In this document: one piece after another, positions 28,841 to 42,767 of the stretch
Numbering within the stretch: the first letter of the stretch is position 1
Layout: every line of letters begins with the position of its first letter
Translations under genes and position numbers: made by a program
The notes under the pieces: model-generated
Seen by the model: the letters and a program-made list of their open reading frames with translations, nothing else
Database searches by the model: none
Told to the model about the DNA's origin: nothing
Source: Sphagnum compactum
Taxonomy: Eukaryota
DNA length: 64,000 nucleotides
Assembly (NCBI GenBank): GCA_965153455.1
Contig: OZ234494.1
Location: forward strand, 3,348,001 to 3,412,000
Reading direction: 5' to 3'

Positions 28841-31800
28841 ATCCCCTTTGACCTTTGGAGGTCCTATATTGCATTGCACCTCTTCACTCCTCACTCCCCC
28901 ACCCCCCTCACAAAAGATCTACCCTACCATCTTTCTGCAGCAGCACTGTTCAGATCTGATGGATGAAAGCTCTAGTAGATACAGACCATTTGTAATCAGA
29001 GTTCCAGTGATCAAGCAGGTGCCCATGATCAAATTACTAAGATCATCTCATGTCTTACTCAATACCATACGCTGGAGAAAACATTGTTCATGGTAAATGA
29101 AAGAGTCCAAGGATGATGGGATGGGTGTTGAGCCATCCCTGTGATTTTTGTTGGGGCCTTGAATGCATGCATGTCCCAATTGTATTCCCTTGCGGCTGGT
29201 GAGGAAGGAGGCACACATGTTCATTAATAGATCATTCAAAGTAGTTGTGTGTTTGATGTCTTTTTGGGTAGTATAAGCATCATTGACATGCATCATGCCA
29301 AATGTGGGAACCTTGAGGATGCGTGGTGAACACATTTGATGGGATGCTTATGAACAACAATGTGGTCTCTTGGATGATTATGCTTGAGATTGCCATGCAT
29401 GGGGAATCATGAAGAAATTATGCTTCATTGTGTGTGACAAAAGCTCTAAGAGATAGGTTTAGAATATTGGAACGTTACTGGGAAGATTACTGGGAAGATA
29501 GGTTGTGTAGTATGATGTCAAGGAAACAATTTTTTATCACCATAGCAAGAAGTCAATCATTTCATTTGGGCTCATAAGCATTCAGGTTTCGTAGTTCTCC
29601 ACTCTATGTTTTCATAAATTAGCAAAGTTGTACCACAAGTCTACTATAGTTATGAGGTAATCACATATCAAGGGATGATGCCAATGACACCTTCTTGATC
29701 ATGGTCCTTGTTCTCCCAAGGATTATATCGGTCATGGCACCAAGTTCTTGCTTTCTCAATGATGCACCAATAAGCTTCGTGGTGCAATTGGATTTTAACA
29801 ACATATTTGACAATTTGTTGACTGAAAGTCATAATGAATTGTTAGAAGCCAATACATTCAATTTCATTGTGAAAACAAAAGGTTTGTTGGATGTGGAATT
29901 AAGCCCTCACATAATCATTGAATGTCACTTCATCATTCAGCTTTTGTTGTTTATTGTGATCCCACACATTCCTTATTTGTTTGTTCTCCTTATGCTAGAC
30001 ATCAATGCAATAGCATGCTTTCACACAATGTTGATTTGGTCATTTGTTTGCACCACTTGTCTATGGTTGCAACCAATGTTTCAATTTTAGATGTAATTTG
30101 CTACAAACGCAATGTAGTCCTTCCTTCAAGGTACATGGCAAATGACATTGTTCTTTGATATGATACATTACTTGCACATGATTGTTGCATTATGTATCTC
30201 AACATGAATGTAATTCATGTGTAGTGTTTTGGAAGGGTGGAGAAGATGATTATTATAAAAAATTGAAAGTATAATGACATAATAAATTCCATGACTTTAG
30301 TCTAAGGTTGCAAGTGGCAAGGCCTTCGCATCTTGTACTACTTGGACATGATGTTTATAGTAATGAATATTCACAATAAATTTTTTACACAAAATGTGGT
30401 GAAAAAAATGCAAAAAGATATAAAATGTGATTTGGAGTTAGAAAAATTTGACCATATTTATGACTTTCGTAATGACCTATCAACATTTCCTTATATATTT
30501 GAAGGGCATTTAAAATCCTTAATATTCCCTCTTGATGTTGGAGGTCATATTATGTTTATGGACATGCGCTTACATTTTGAAATGGCTTGTCATTATTTTT
30601 TTGTGCAACAAATAGGATCTTGGCCATTTAGATATGGAAAACAAAGGCTAACATGTCATTATGCATGTTAATGCTCTTCAATGAGGCGTTACCAAATTTT
30701 TGCACCTACCTTTGGCTATCACCTTGTACATGCACATTATTCTATTATCACTTGTAATCAATCTAACCTCATGTGATGGTTGTTGCCCCACCTTAACTAT
30801 GCATTCATTGATGCTATGTTTGAATGCAAAGTGCTTCTAATTATTTTGCCTAACTCATACTGCATGCACATATAAGGGGAAAATATCCTCCATGAAAATT
30901 GGTCAAAATGGGGTGTTGTAATGCAAGAATTGTGTTTGAAAGGAGGTATGTAGAAAAGCACAAGGAGGGCACTACCTCATTTCATTTGTGTTTTGTTGGA
31001 TATGTGCAAGAAGATGCATCAACCACTCTATGCATGTGGGAAATGGATTTTATTTTTTTTAAATTCATGTCATGATGTCACATGACTTGCCCTGTGTTAG
31101 ACATAATTGATGAATTTGATACATGTGGTTATGTGAATACCCCTTGAATGTGTTGCATAAAAAGTATGAACAAGGTTGAATGAAAGGGTATGTGCACAAC
31201 ATGATCAAAAGTCATAAAATAAGGAATGTTTGAAGTTGAGGAATAGAACTTTTAAGCATGTGACAAGTACATGTAGGATTCTCATATCACAAACTCATAA
31301 AGTTTGAGATGCAAAAGAGGACATTATGCTGAAAAATATATTGGGAGGAGTCACAAAAAGAATTGAGCTAGGCCTATTATTTGGAATTTGGATCACTACT
31401 ATGTCCTAATTAAGACATGTTTTGCTAAACTATAATTCAATATTTTTCGAAGTTCAAATGTTTGTGTTATGGGATATGTTGGTTGTTCATATTTTTCTAT
31501 TTTTGACATGTCGTCCATACCATTTATATTTTATAGATGGTTGAAAATTGAAACCATTCATTCTTCAAATAAGTCTTGAATTATTTTTTTTGTTGTACAT
31601 CATAAAATGACAAACAAACAAAATTGATAATTAAATGACATTTAATCATCTGATTGAATATTTGAATTGTGTTCCCAATGTGTTTATTTATTTTTAAAAA
31701 TCCATGGCCTTTTACAACATTTATGTTTTCATTTGCAATTATGCCTCAAATGTAATTCATATTGGAAATATTCAATAAGTGGGCATAACTTTGAAATGTA

Positions 31801-34800
31801 CTTACACAAACATTGATAATTTGAAAAATTGAACAGGGGTTTAAACCTTTTTTGATATCTTTATGTTATATGACACGTGGTGTAAAATTTTCTAATGAAA
31901 ATAAATGTCAAATTGTCTTTAACAATGTAAAAGGTATTTAATTAAAATTTTGTTACCAATAATGTATAATACACTTGTATGTTAAGCTTTTACACATTAC
32001 TATATATAGGGCTCGTTCATGGTTGGGATTCCAAAAAAATAGGAAAAAGATATTGTAGATTTTTTTAACTTAGTTTTTACAAATAAAATTTACATGAAAC
32101 AATCTAAATGAAAAAATTTGAATAGTCCAAACTAGGATAATTCATTTGGTGATGATGATTTTTCACATGTGTACGTTATTATGCATACAAACTTTGGTTC
32201 AAACCCAAAAATGTAAATAATGTTTGAATAAAATTGCAAGAACAATTTGATTATTTTTTTGGCCTAATTATTTCTTGCACATGTGATCTACATTTTGAGT
32301 TACAACTTTAGAGATACACAAAATCAACCAAATGGCAAAAAGAAAAGTTATTTTCCTTGCAACCTCAAAGATTGAATTTTGTTACTTTCAAAAGTCTCAT
32401 TTGGTTTATTATGTAATCAAATGCACCCAATGAACATGGCCAAACATATATGTAAGCATTATTTATTCAAAAAAATTTGACATCAATTGCATTATTTAAT
32501 TCACTAATTTTAATTCCTTTTACAACGAGGTGCAATTAGACACTTGATATAATTAGTCTAAAGGATTCAAAAGGTCATTTACATAATGTTCAAATTATTC
32601 AAAAAAACATTTATATACTATTCAAATTATAACATGTTCAAGTTATTTTGAACCTAGGGTGTTAACTTTAAAGTTCAAGCTATGGGATATGATATGTCCA
32701 CTACCTTATCTAACTCACACCTTACACTCATACTATCTATGGGAAAATTATAATGCACTTGATCAAACATGCTTTGAACATTAGTATATTGAATATGAAA
32801 CTTTTAAAACACCTTTTAAAGCATGACCCCTAAACACAATATAGTTCAAAAATTATTCAAAATTAATCAAATTTTAAAACAAAATAAATAACGTTCCGTC
32901 AATATATACGTTACAGGTGAATGTAGATTTGAATAGGAAAATTTTAATTTAAAGAATGGTTTACAACATGTTTGTAGAATTCGGCCTTAATAAATAACTT
33001 GATGTCAAAAACCAATGTGCATGTGCATTTTTCCTTCTCAATGGTCGTTGTCTTACATGTCCATCATCATTTGAAAACCTTATAATCGTAGATTCACAAA
33101 AAATATACCTAAGTTCCAAACACATCCTGTTGTTTTTGTCAACACCATAAGTTCAATCACAAGATGTAGAAACATGTGAGATCTTTTTTAGTATATTTGG
33201 AGATAACCTTTAATCTTGGGTAGTTCTCACTTTTTTATTTTGAGAACCATTGGTTTTAGTTCAATAAACCAAAATTGAAAACATCTTCTTGGAAAAAAAA
33301 TCACTGTATTTTGAATACATGGTTGGGGTATTATGAAAAATACATTGGTGGATGAATTTTTTTAGAAAATTCACAATTGGTGTAGATAAAAAGATAATAA
33401 TGCATAAAACAACATGCCCAATAGTCATATTCAAAGCTTTACATGTTTGCACATTAGGCACAATTATAAACAAGGAGATGAAATTACTGAAAGTTAAAGG
33501 AAAGAAAAATATTAGTTTCATCATAAGAACTAAGTGTTTTAAACGTCACATGCAAAATATTGACTTAAAAAGGTAACCTTAAAAATTATGCACAACAAAA
33601 TTGAAAATTGTGTAAAGAAAATGAAAGTGGAAATAAAATCATGTAAAGCTTGTTTTGATGATGGTAGCTTCTTGTTGGGCCTTGAGTATTGTTGGCCTTA
33701 CTTGGATAGCTTATTACAACTTTCAATATTTTAAGCAAAGAATGGAAAATTGAAAGAAAAAGGAGAAAAGCTAATGAAGCATACAACAACCAAATCAAGG
33801 AAGTCCAAATCAAATTACACTAAAACTTCCATATTCTTAGCCTCCAAAACTCTAATTGGAGTTTTAAGGAGGTATGTTTAGGACTTAACTTCCTTTTCCT
33901 TTTTAACATGATGTTCATTTGTTGTAAATAAGGTTGACAATGAACATCATGAATAATGATTTTAAATTCTAATTTGCATAATGTATTATTCTTGACGGGT
34001 GAATATGATTGATAATAAAATGACATTGTATCATCTAAATAAGGATGGAAAACATGTTTCCTATATTTTCCCATTTTTGAAAATGTTCACAACAATTCAA
34101 AAAAATCATGTTTGATTAGCTTCAAATGTAATTTGTATTGGAAATAACAATTATATGTTTATTGTTCATTTGATAACAAAGCAAAAGATTAAATTCTATA
34201 AAAAATCAATCTAGCATAGTTTTTGTGGAGTAAAAGATAACATTTGAAAGCCAAAACAATAAAATTGACTTTACATTTGAACATTATTTTTGAGTAAAAA
34301 CAATGCAAAAGGAAAATGGAAGAAGGATGAATTGCCATAATCTTGAAGTACACCTAGATGCAAACAAACAAAATTTGAAAAAAACTTGGACATGGGTGCT
34401 AATAAACCAATATCAAAATAAGGTGGTTGCAAGATAAGGTGAATCATTTTTTGTCACACTAAAGGTTTTTGCTAAGTGTTGTACATTAACATCCCATAAA
34501 ATCATTATTATATCAAATTTGCTATTGAATAAAGATTATTGAATTTAATAACAAGAAATCTTTATTAAAAATTACAACATATGTTCCCCAAATATATAGT
34601 AAATGAACTTTTGAAGTTGAAGAATATGGATTTATATGGCTTTATATAAATACATTTTTGTTTATGATTGTAAAAAAAAATCTTATAGGGACTCAATATA
34701 TGATATATGAAAGGAAAAGCAAAATGAATGTAACAACAATGTTTTAAGAAATTAACCCAAAAAAAGGTATGGATTTTTGAATGTTTTAAAATGGACCTTA

Positions 34801-34993
34801 TTTTCAAAAGTTCATACTATAATCATTTATTAATGGATTTTAATGTTTTTCTTTGCTTTTAACATGTATTTAAAAAATTCATATAGTTGGGCTTTTATTC
34901 ACATAATCTTTATTAGCTCATTAACTATATTCTACATGTACAAGCAATGATATCACAATAGATTGCAATCTTATCACTACCAAATGGACTTTT

Positions 34994-35810
34994 TGACGCG
35001 CTCCCAAGTTCCTTGTTAGACTCAAGTTGGGTCCAAAGAAGTCAAACAGCGGAATTGTTTGAAACTTGGGGCACGCTCCCAGCTTCCAGCACTAAAAGGG
35101 GTAGAGGGGCGTGCTAAAGCTCCGGGATTAAACTAAGGCGAGGGACAAGCTTTACTTAGTTACTCGGACCTGCATCAAACCAACCAACAAGTTGGTTAAT
35201 TCACATTCGAAAGCACTTTCAGTGCTAGGACAAGCCACGGGCGACCCTAGACTCACATGACTCACCACGGCCCGGACTCGGGGGAAGACACCACCTTCCC
35301 CCATATATACTCTCCGTTACTTTGCGACACCTACATCCGAATGGCACTTTTTCCCGGGACTCCCAAGGAGGAGTCCTGAAACAGTCCCGGCTTGGACTCC
35401 CGAGACTTTGGGAGTTCATAACTTCTTGCTCAGACCTCCGATTGTGATAAGGTCTAAAGCAAACTTGTAGCCCTCCTTGAGAGCTTTCCAACGGTGTGTC
35501 ACACTTCACCTGCACACACCGGGGTCAGGTTGATTCCCGACTTTTAGTGGTCGGGAGTCAAACTGGCAATTTGACTCCCAGCCCTTCTTTCCTCCATAAC
35601 TTGTGCTGCAGATGTCCGAATGGCTCATGCGAGGCCATTTTCGACATTACACTTCAAGACCTTTCCAACGGTATAAAGAACACCTCAAGGCAAGGTGTTT
35701 TGACCTTTGCAATCAAACTCTGAGTTTTCGGGAGTCCCGGAAGACTCCCAAGTCCCCATTTTGGGAGTGTGAGTGTCATCCTCACACTCCTTCAAAGTGG
35801 GCTTGCAACA
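34994..35810. mobile_element. Solo LTR (817 bp) with 5-bp target-site duplication
   Basis: Termini TG(ACG)...(CAA)CA, flanked on both sides by CTTTT (34989-34993 and 35811-35815). GC-rich island in AT-rich DNA with no internal coding region. Confidence 0.85.
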
Positions 35811-37699
35811 CTTTTAATCTATCGGAATTGGTCCACATTAATTTGTAACCATCCAATACCTTTGTGTTGTGTGGCATATTGGTGTAAAATGTGCCCACAA
35901 AAAACAAATGTCAAATTTTGGGGTGAAAGCACATTACATTGACCCCTTTTGGGCCCCTTTGGGGTGTCACATTGTAGTACTTTCCAAAGACATGCATGTT
36001 TGAGTGTATCTCACCTCAAGCTTTTGAAAGATTTTCATAAATTTTTTGCATATTATGTTAGAAATATAACCTAGGCAAGATATTAGAAATGAAACTATTT
36101 CACTTCATTGGGAGATTGGAGTATATTTGGGAAAATGACTATAGCGTACTTGTGTATTCAAAAATACAAATATATTCCAAAAACAATTTAAATGATTTTA
36201 AATCTTCATGAGAGTTGAAGGTATATTAAGCCATGTCATTTCACATATTTTGAACCAAGTTTGGATACCATGTGACTAATTTGAAATTTTTCATCTCAAA
36301 AAAAGAATTTAAAAAAAAATGCAAAAAATGTGTGATAATTTGATGTTTTGACAAATTAACACATTCACATGGAAGATGACAAACATAGCTAGATGGGCCA
36401 TTTTAAAATTTTCATTAAAATTGATTATTTTAATGACTAATGAAACCTTAAAATTAATATAGTCAAAATGAGACAGTGGCCCTATTTTACCAAATAAAAA
36501 TATACCCATGGATCTTTTAATAAAGATAGTGAAAATTATTATTATTTTAAAAGTAATATTACATAACATTGGTTTTGTATAAATAATATTTGTAGGGCCC
36601 AAAAACCAAAATTGATGCCCAAAATTAAATGTACCATACTTTTGGAACAATTGTAATCTATGTACTATAATACTAGACCCAAAAGTGCCAATGTGCTTTC
36701 ACCTTGTGTTATTTATTTTCAAACAAATGTATATAATAAAAGGCCCATTGAAAAAATGGCATCAATAATATGGGGTGCACTTGTCCATTAACACATAAAC
36801 CATACATAGTTACATTAGAAAATAAATTTAATATTAGTTAGAGTTAATTGGAAAAATGACTTTCAATCTAGATGACATAAGTAATCCATCCCTTCAAACT
36901 TCAAAGATTGGCTTTCATAAGTGTTTATAGCACTAAACTTACCTAGCCCACAATTTTTTTGAACATAAATTAGTAACCCAATTCTTTAGATCTAAAATGA
37001 AGGATCTAGATGTGTCAATTATCTAGCCACACCACATACAAAGAGGTACCTAAGACCTTAAACTTTTTATTTTCTTTCCAATTTGAGTTTCAATTTTTTT
37101 TAAAATGCATAATTATTTCAAACATTTTTTATTTATGTTTTAACAAATAATTTTTTTATATTTAAAATTTTCATTTATAAATGTAAGGAAATAAATGCAA
37201 CCAATGAATGTGTGTGTTTGAAAAATGTCACTATATATTATTTATAAGATTTTTTGTGTTTGCATCAAATTTTCTTATGGAAATTTGATTCGATGTTCTT
37301 TCCTTTCAATGCACTATGGACATAAAGTCAAATCCCAAGGGGGACACTAGTTTTAAAAAGTAGAAAATATGTGAGTAAAAATAGAGGGTGCAATACATTG
37401 GTTGTTGGGTAAAAATTAAAAGTTAATTAGTTAAAAAAAGGTACATTTATTCAAATAATCAATTTAATTATAATATAGGATATGTAATAATATGAAATAT
37501 TGGATAATAATTAATATAGGGTGGTTTGAGCATACATATATATATTAAATAATGAAATAATAATAGGGTGATAAAAAATGGGTTGAACAATTATCTAATA
37601 CCTTTTTAAAAATGGTCGTTTGACACACGTAGATCCCAAACTTTATAGTAAGTGTCCCCCCCCCCCTCCCTCCCCCCCAGAGTCAAATTTGATTCCTTG

Positions 37700-38720
37700 A
37701 ATCAGCCTATCTTAAGTGATGTTGTTTGAACATCTTTTAATATTTGTTGATTAATGTGGCCTAGATGCAAATGCCAAATATTAAAATATCTGTTTATATT
37801 TGATGTTGTTGGAATGGTAATAACATTATGCTTTAATTTATTCATGACAACAAGTTTGTGTAAATTGGCTTGTAAAATGCACTCAACAATCTCTAATCTT
37901 TTTTGAATTTATGAATATACAATTACCAAATTTTGTGACAATTTTTTTGTTTACATGATTAACTTGCTTTGTGTAAAATAAGTTTTTCCAAAGCCTAGGC
38001 ACCTCTAACACATTCATCATTTCTTTAACTTTGCCATTACTCAATCTTATGGATATATTGCTTTGTCCAATTATTTGGTTTAGAATTATCATTCAAATAC
38101 ATGACTTGCCCTTTTCCCCACTTATTATATGTCCCAAATGATTTAATATCATGTGACATATGATTTGTGACATAATAATCACACTATTATTCTAATAACT
38201 ATTAATAATTTTGAGTGCAAAAGTATGAAGTTCATTCCAATTACCTATGCTACGTACATGTGTAATAGGTATTGTTGCAACCCTTATTATGGGTGTTATA
38301 GTTTTAGTCTCCACATTGATAAACCATAATTTATTTATTTGAATAATAATGTGAGTCTATGTTTCCAAATTTTGAAAATCAATTCTTTCAAATTTTTGGA
38401 TATGATTTACATCAAGTTTTGGATGATATGCTATTTTTTTTGTTTTATGTTATATGTTGATTTATTCAAAATATGGTTATTGAACAATTTTGAATAATGA
38501 GATTTGAATTTCTGGATCAAATTGGGTTAAATTGAAGATTATAAATGAAAATTTTGATAGATGAATCACCTTTGTTTGATTTATTTATTGTGTTGTTACA
38601 TGTGATGGCTTTCAAAGTTTCTCCTTTTTTCTTTTCTACAAATTTGATCAAGAGTTGGAAAAAACTGTTTCATTTTTGATACAACAATGTTATTAAAGAC
38701 AAGTAATTCAAACTTGACAA
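37700..38720 (-). mobile_element. Highly decayed Ty1/Copia gag-protease/pre-integrase remnant
   Basis: GQSNISIRLSNGKVKEMMNVLEVPRLWKNLF (Copia protease-like) and IWHLHLGHIN (LWHxRLGH-like) at about 37750-37780. Many stops. Confidence 0.55.
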
Positions 38721-40650
38721 AGAAACGCATCTTCGTATAAAGGCTAGTAGAACTGCATATACATGATTGTAGGTTGTTGCAAACTTGAAATTATTAACAA
38801 ATCAATGCATTGCTAGAGTTGGGTTCGGAGTTTATAAAGCTTCATTGTAGATTTGGAGTTTGATATACTCATGAACTTCTCCACTTTTGCAAGGAGTCTT
38901 CTGACATTAAGAAAAAAACAAAAAAATTATAATGCTCTCTTTCATCTCAATGTGCTATCTTTCATTCTTGCTTTCACAAGTGACATCATAAAACTTGATC
39001 ACATGTGCTCATTGCGTTGCTAAACGCTAGCAACGATACTTGCAAGCCTCCATGGCGCCACTGTATTGTATTGCAATTTGGAGGTCAAAGAGAGGCTTTC
39101 TTGACGTGATTGAGCTCTTTTCTACTATGTTGATGCAACAATGGGGAGTACAAAAATATGTCATAATGAATGGGATGTGTCCACTCAGGAGTTCTAGTTT
39201 CTATACAATTATTCACAAGTCTTTTGCACAAAAAATTGTGGCTAAAAGCGCAAGAATAAGCCTTTACTTTCACACCTTGCAAGTCAAAAAAGATGTTGTC
39301 ATTGCTAACATAATTGTCCTTCCAAATACAATTTGTTCATGTGAAGGAATTGAGTATTTTAAACCATAGTTAATGTCCACATTAAGTTTGTCAAACCAAT
39401 TTTATAAAATGAATCATCAAGTTGAACGCATTCAATTTGCAGCATGACCACAAGTGTGACTTTTAACATAAATTAAAGTCAAATTTTGGTACACATAAAA
39501 CATGAGAAGAGAATTACAAGAAATGTAAAAACAAATTCACACTAAATGATATTCATATAAGCATTGAACAAAATCCAAGCAAAATGCCGATGGTTTCAAG
39601 CTACAACATAATGTTTCGCCAAGGGAATGAAAGGTGCAACAAATTGACATACATTAGCTGCAACTGCCTCAACATGAATCACACCTGCTGGGAAGAACCG
39701 GAGATGGGAGGTTTTGTCTCTGTTAGATTTCTGATTCCAAAGTTGAGTTGTCATCCCCGAATCCAGACTATCTGCAAACACTAGTGGCTCTTGAAGGAAG
39801 AGCAGGATATTGGAGAAGAGAAAAGCTCACAATTCCAGATGCCAAACTCACAGTCAAGCAGAAAAGGAAGAGAAAAAATAAAGTCTTTTAAGGACCCTGA
39901 TGCTCCCCCCATCTCAAAAAAAGTCGCGGAGGGACATTCTCCAAATTGAACAAAGCTCAACAACAGCCAAGGAAAACCAAGGCGTGTTCTGTGGATGATC
40001 TGAATAGTTGAGCAGGTCTAGTTGTGCATAATAAATCCTTTTCTGTGTAGATTTGTGTCTTTCAGAACACACAACCTGTAGAAAAATATGTTGGGTTTTA
40101 TGTAGGACCATTGAGATCCAGTAAGCTACAACATCAACCAATGTCTAGACAGACTTGCTGAATGATGATGATGCTTCCATGGTGGTGGAGGCTAGTTGGA
40201 CTGTCCAAATAAATGCATACACTATACACTGACACTGTTAGGTAAATGGTACCTACATCGGACACTTCTACTGACTGGGAAGCCACTGATTTATGAGTTC
40301 CAGACAATCAGTTTTTCAGATGAGTGAATGAGGCAACGACCTGCCCCACTTCTGCAATGCTTTGCATTTCTTTCAAGCAGGTGGAGTACCCAATTAGATG
40401 CAGAAGGGGATGGCTATCAGCTCACAACCTGACACATATATCAGGAGGACAACTGCTGAAAAGGATCATATAGAACAACGTCACAAGGAGAGAGACTCTT
40501 GGCAAACACAAGAAGATGATACAAAATTGCCAGGCTTAATTGAAACTTAGTTTGCTGTCAAGGGTGCAAAGTTGAGACCCCCATGATGCACATGAGTGTC
40601 AAACCAAAGTGATTGTGATAACTACGTTGAACTGGTCATAGCGAAACGCT

Positions 40651-40910
40651 CAGGAATCCAAGTATCTATCTATGTAGGAGGGACTCCAAAGGTTTAGGGT
40701 TACTAAATGTTGCACCATCCTCAGCTCATAGAAACTTCAAGAGCGAGAAACAAACACTATGATTCATGATTCACAGCTGTGCAGGAATCCAAGTATCTAT
40801 CTATGTCGGAGGGGATTCCAAAGGTTTAGGGTTTAGAATTACTACATGTTGCACCATCCTCAGCTCATAGAAACTTCAAGAGTGAGAAACGAACACCATC
40901 ATTCACTGTG
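40651..40910. repeat. Tandem duplication, about 130 bp x2
   Basis: CAGGAATCCAAGTATCTATCTATGT..GGTTTAGGGTT..ATGTTGCACCATCCTCAGCTCATAGAAACTTCAAGAG at 40651 and 40782. Confidence 0.9.
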
Positions 40911-41182
40911 TATGCAAAAAAGGCATGCCGGAAATAAGACAAAGACATACAAGAAATACATTGATCTTGGCAGTGGACCTAGTACCTGTCTGATGAGTGC
41001 TTCAATCTCCACAGTAAACCTTGAACTGGTCAAATATGGGAATTGCTGGGAATAGCAATATTGGGTACAGGAAACTTAAGTGCCAAGCACCCTAAACCCT
41101 AAACAGACCTGCTGCAGACAGAGACCTAGTCCTGAATTGTACTTTCGGTCTCCCTGACAAGAAAGAAACGCCGTCCACGAAC

Positions 41183-41497
41183 AACGCTGCCAGTTTTTTG
41201 TCTCACAAACCGACCGAAACAGAGACTTTAGGTTTGCTTTAAGGATTCGAGATTCGGTGAGAAGATGGGAATACCAGTCAAGAGAGAAAAGTAAGACCGA
41301 AAGTAAGATCGTTTCTGAGCGACGAAGAAGAAGAAGAAGAAGAATGCAGCGAACGAACTCCGCTGCCAGTTTATCTCACAAATCGAAACAGAAGTTTTAG
41401 GTCTGTTTTAGGGTTTGCGAGATCCTGTGAGAAGATGGAATACCAGTCAGCGAAAAGTAAGACCATTTCTGAACGAAAAAGAAGAGGAAGAAGAACG
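41183..41497. repeat. Diverged tandem duplication, about 170 bp x2
   Basis: CGCTGCCAGTTT..TCTCACAAA..GTGAGAAGATGG.AATACCAGTCA..AAAAGTAAGACC..GAAGAAGAA occurs twice. Confidence 0.8.
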
Positions 41498-42767
41498 CGA
41501 CAATTTTTGCACCATGGTTTTGCTGCTTACCAAATGAATGTATTAATTGACTTGTTCGAGATTTTTGCTCGCGGGAAACAAAGCGCAACGATGGGCAGGC
41601 GAGACGAGAACAACAAGCGCGAATTCCGCGCAACACTGCGAGCTAGCCAGCTGCCCGACGTCCCCAAAAAAGACACGTGTTAGATCGAGATGACAAAATC
41701 TCATCAACGAATGGAAAGTCACGAAACTGACACGAGTACAAAGCGAAAGCGAATATAATTGTGACGCGTGGATTAAGACCTCGAACAAGCTCCCGACTTC
41801 CGACGGCCGAATGAGACCTAAATGGCACTTCGGAACGAGATGCCAAAGAGGGTGAATTTGGACCGTGACGATGCCACAAGGGTTTCAATCGACGGTTATA
41901 ATCGGTCAAGGGCGCCGGGGTTTTCTCCAGTGCAAATTCTTCGTCTCTCTCGTATTCTGAGAGAGGCATTTGGCTTTGTTGCTTTCCTCTTCTTTCTGGC
42001 TTCCTTTTGCAGAGCTCACACACGTATCAGGCAGTATTTTGCTCCGTGGTGGAGGTAAGCTCTTGGACCCCTCACATTGAACTAGGAGTCAATTTTTTAT
42101 AATATTTCTTGTTTTGATTTCTTTCCTCTTTTTCTTGGTTTCTGGAGGCAGGTTTGTTTCTCGTCTTTTGGGTGTCCGATTGAGGTTCGATTTTCTTCCT
42201 TCTTCTGTCTTGGATCGCCGACCTCCGATACCAACGTGGCATCGCTTGATGTATCGCGTTTTCTCTTGCTTGTTGTCTTGTTGTCACTATTGCACTCGAC
42301 TGCCGCTTAGGTAGTTGTAGTGCTACTCTCATTAGCTTCTGTATCCGAGTTCTTGGGATGGAGGCTTGACCTAAAAGAAGGTCTTCTGTTCTGTCTGTGC
42401 TTGACTCAAGCCTTCTGTCTGCTTTTGATGTACTTGCCGAGAACATAGTTTTTCCTTAGGTTTTTGTAATAACTATCTTGTGTAGTTTGAATATGGGTTC
42501 TTGAGCGCTGATTCTTGAGGCTTGTGAAAATTGATGTGCTCGAGACTTATTTTTCTTCTGGAGTTATTGATGAAAAAACAAGGGCTGGGCAGTCTCTTCA
42601 TAACTGCGATATTGAGAGACCGGATTGTTTCACCCCTTACTTGGATTTTTTTTATGTCACTCAATTTCTTACTTGTTACGTTTCTCATGTTGGCATACAC
42701 CAGGTTCCTTGCAATTCAAGTCTCTTTGGAGGGTCTCATCTTGCTCTCTGGTCAGGTGCAGAGCACC

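Larger units (their letters stand above)
39550..41650 (-). ncRNA. Putative spliced long non-coding transcript divergent from the reticulon gene
   Basis: Minus-strand (CTT)n leader and telo-boxes. Plausible splice sites: donor CAG|GTACT about 40985, acceptor about 40428, donor TAG|GTACC about 40253, acceptor about 40076. The spliced product has no ORF longer than about 45 aa from an ATG. Confidence 0.3.

Noticed and set aside
28124-29096. Overlapping long ORFs 28124-28894, 28142-28726 and 28674-29096
   Set aside because: Alternative-frame read-through of CAT/GAT triplet repeats and microsatellites
29100-34900. AT-rich region with short ORFs and a weak KHAIAL (SWIM-like) hint near 30010
   Set aside because: Too degenerate to assign
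40690-41105. Telomerase RNA gene suggested by CTAAACCCT-type words
   Set aside because: No USE plus TATA Pol III promoter found, and telo-boxes are common throughout this window
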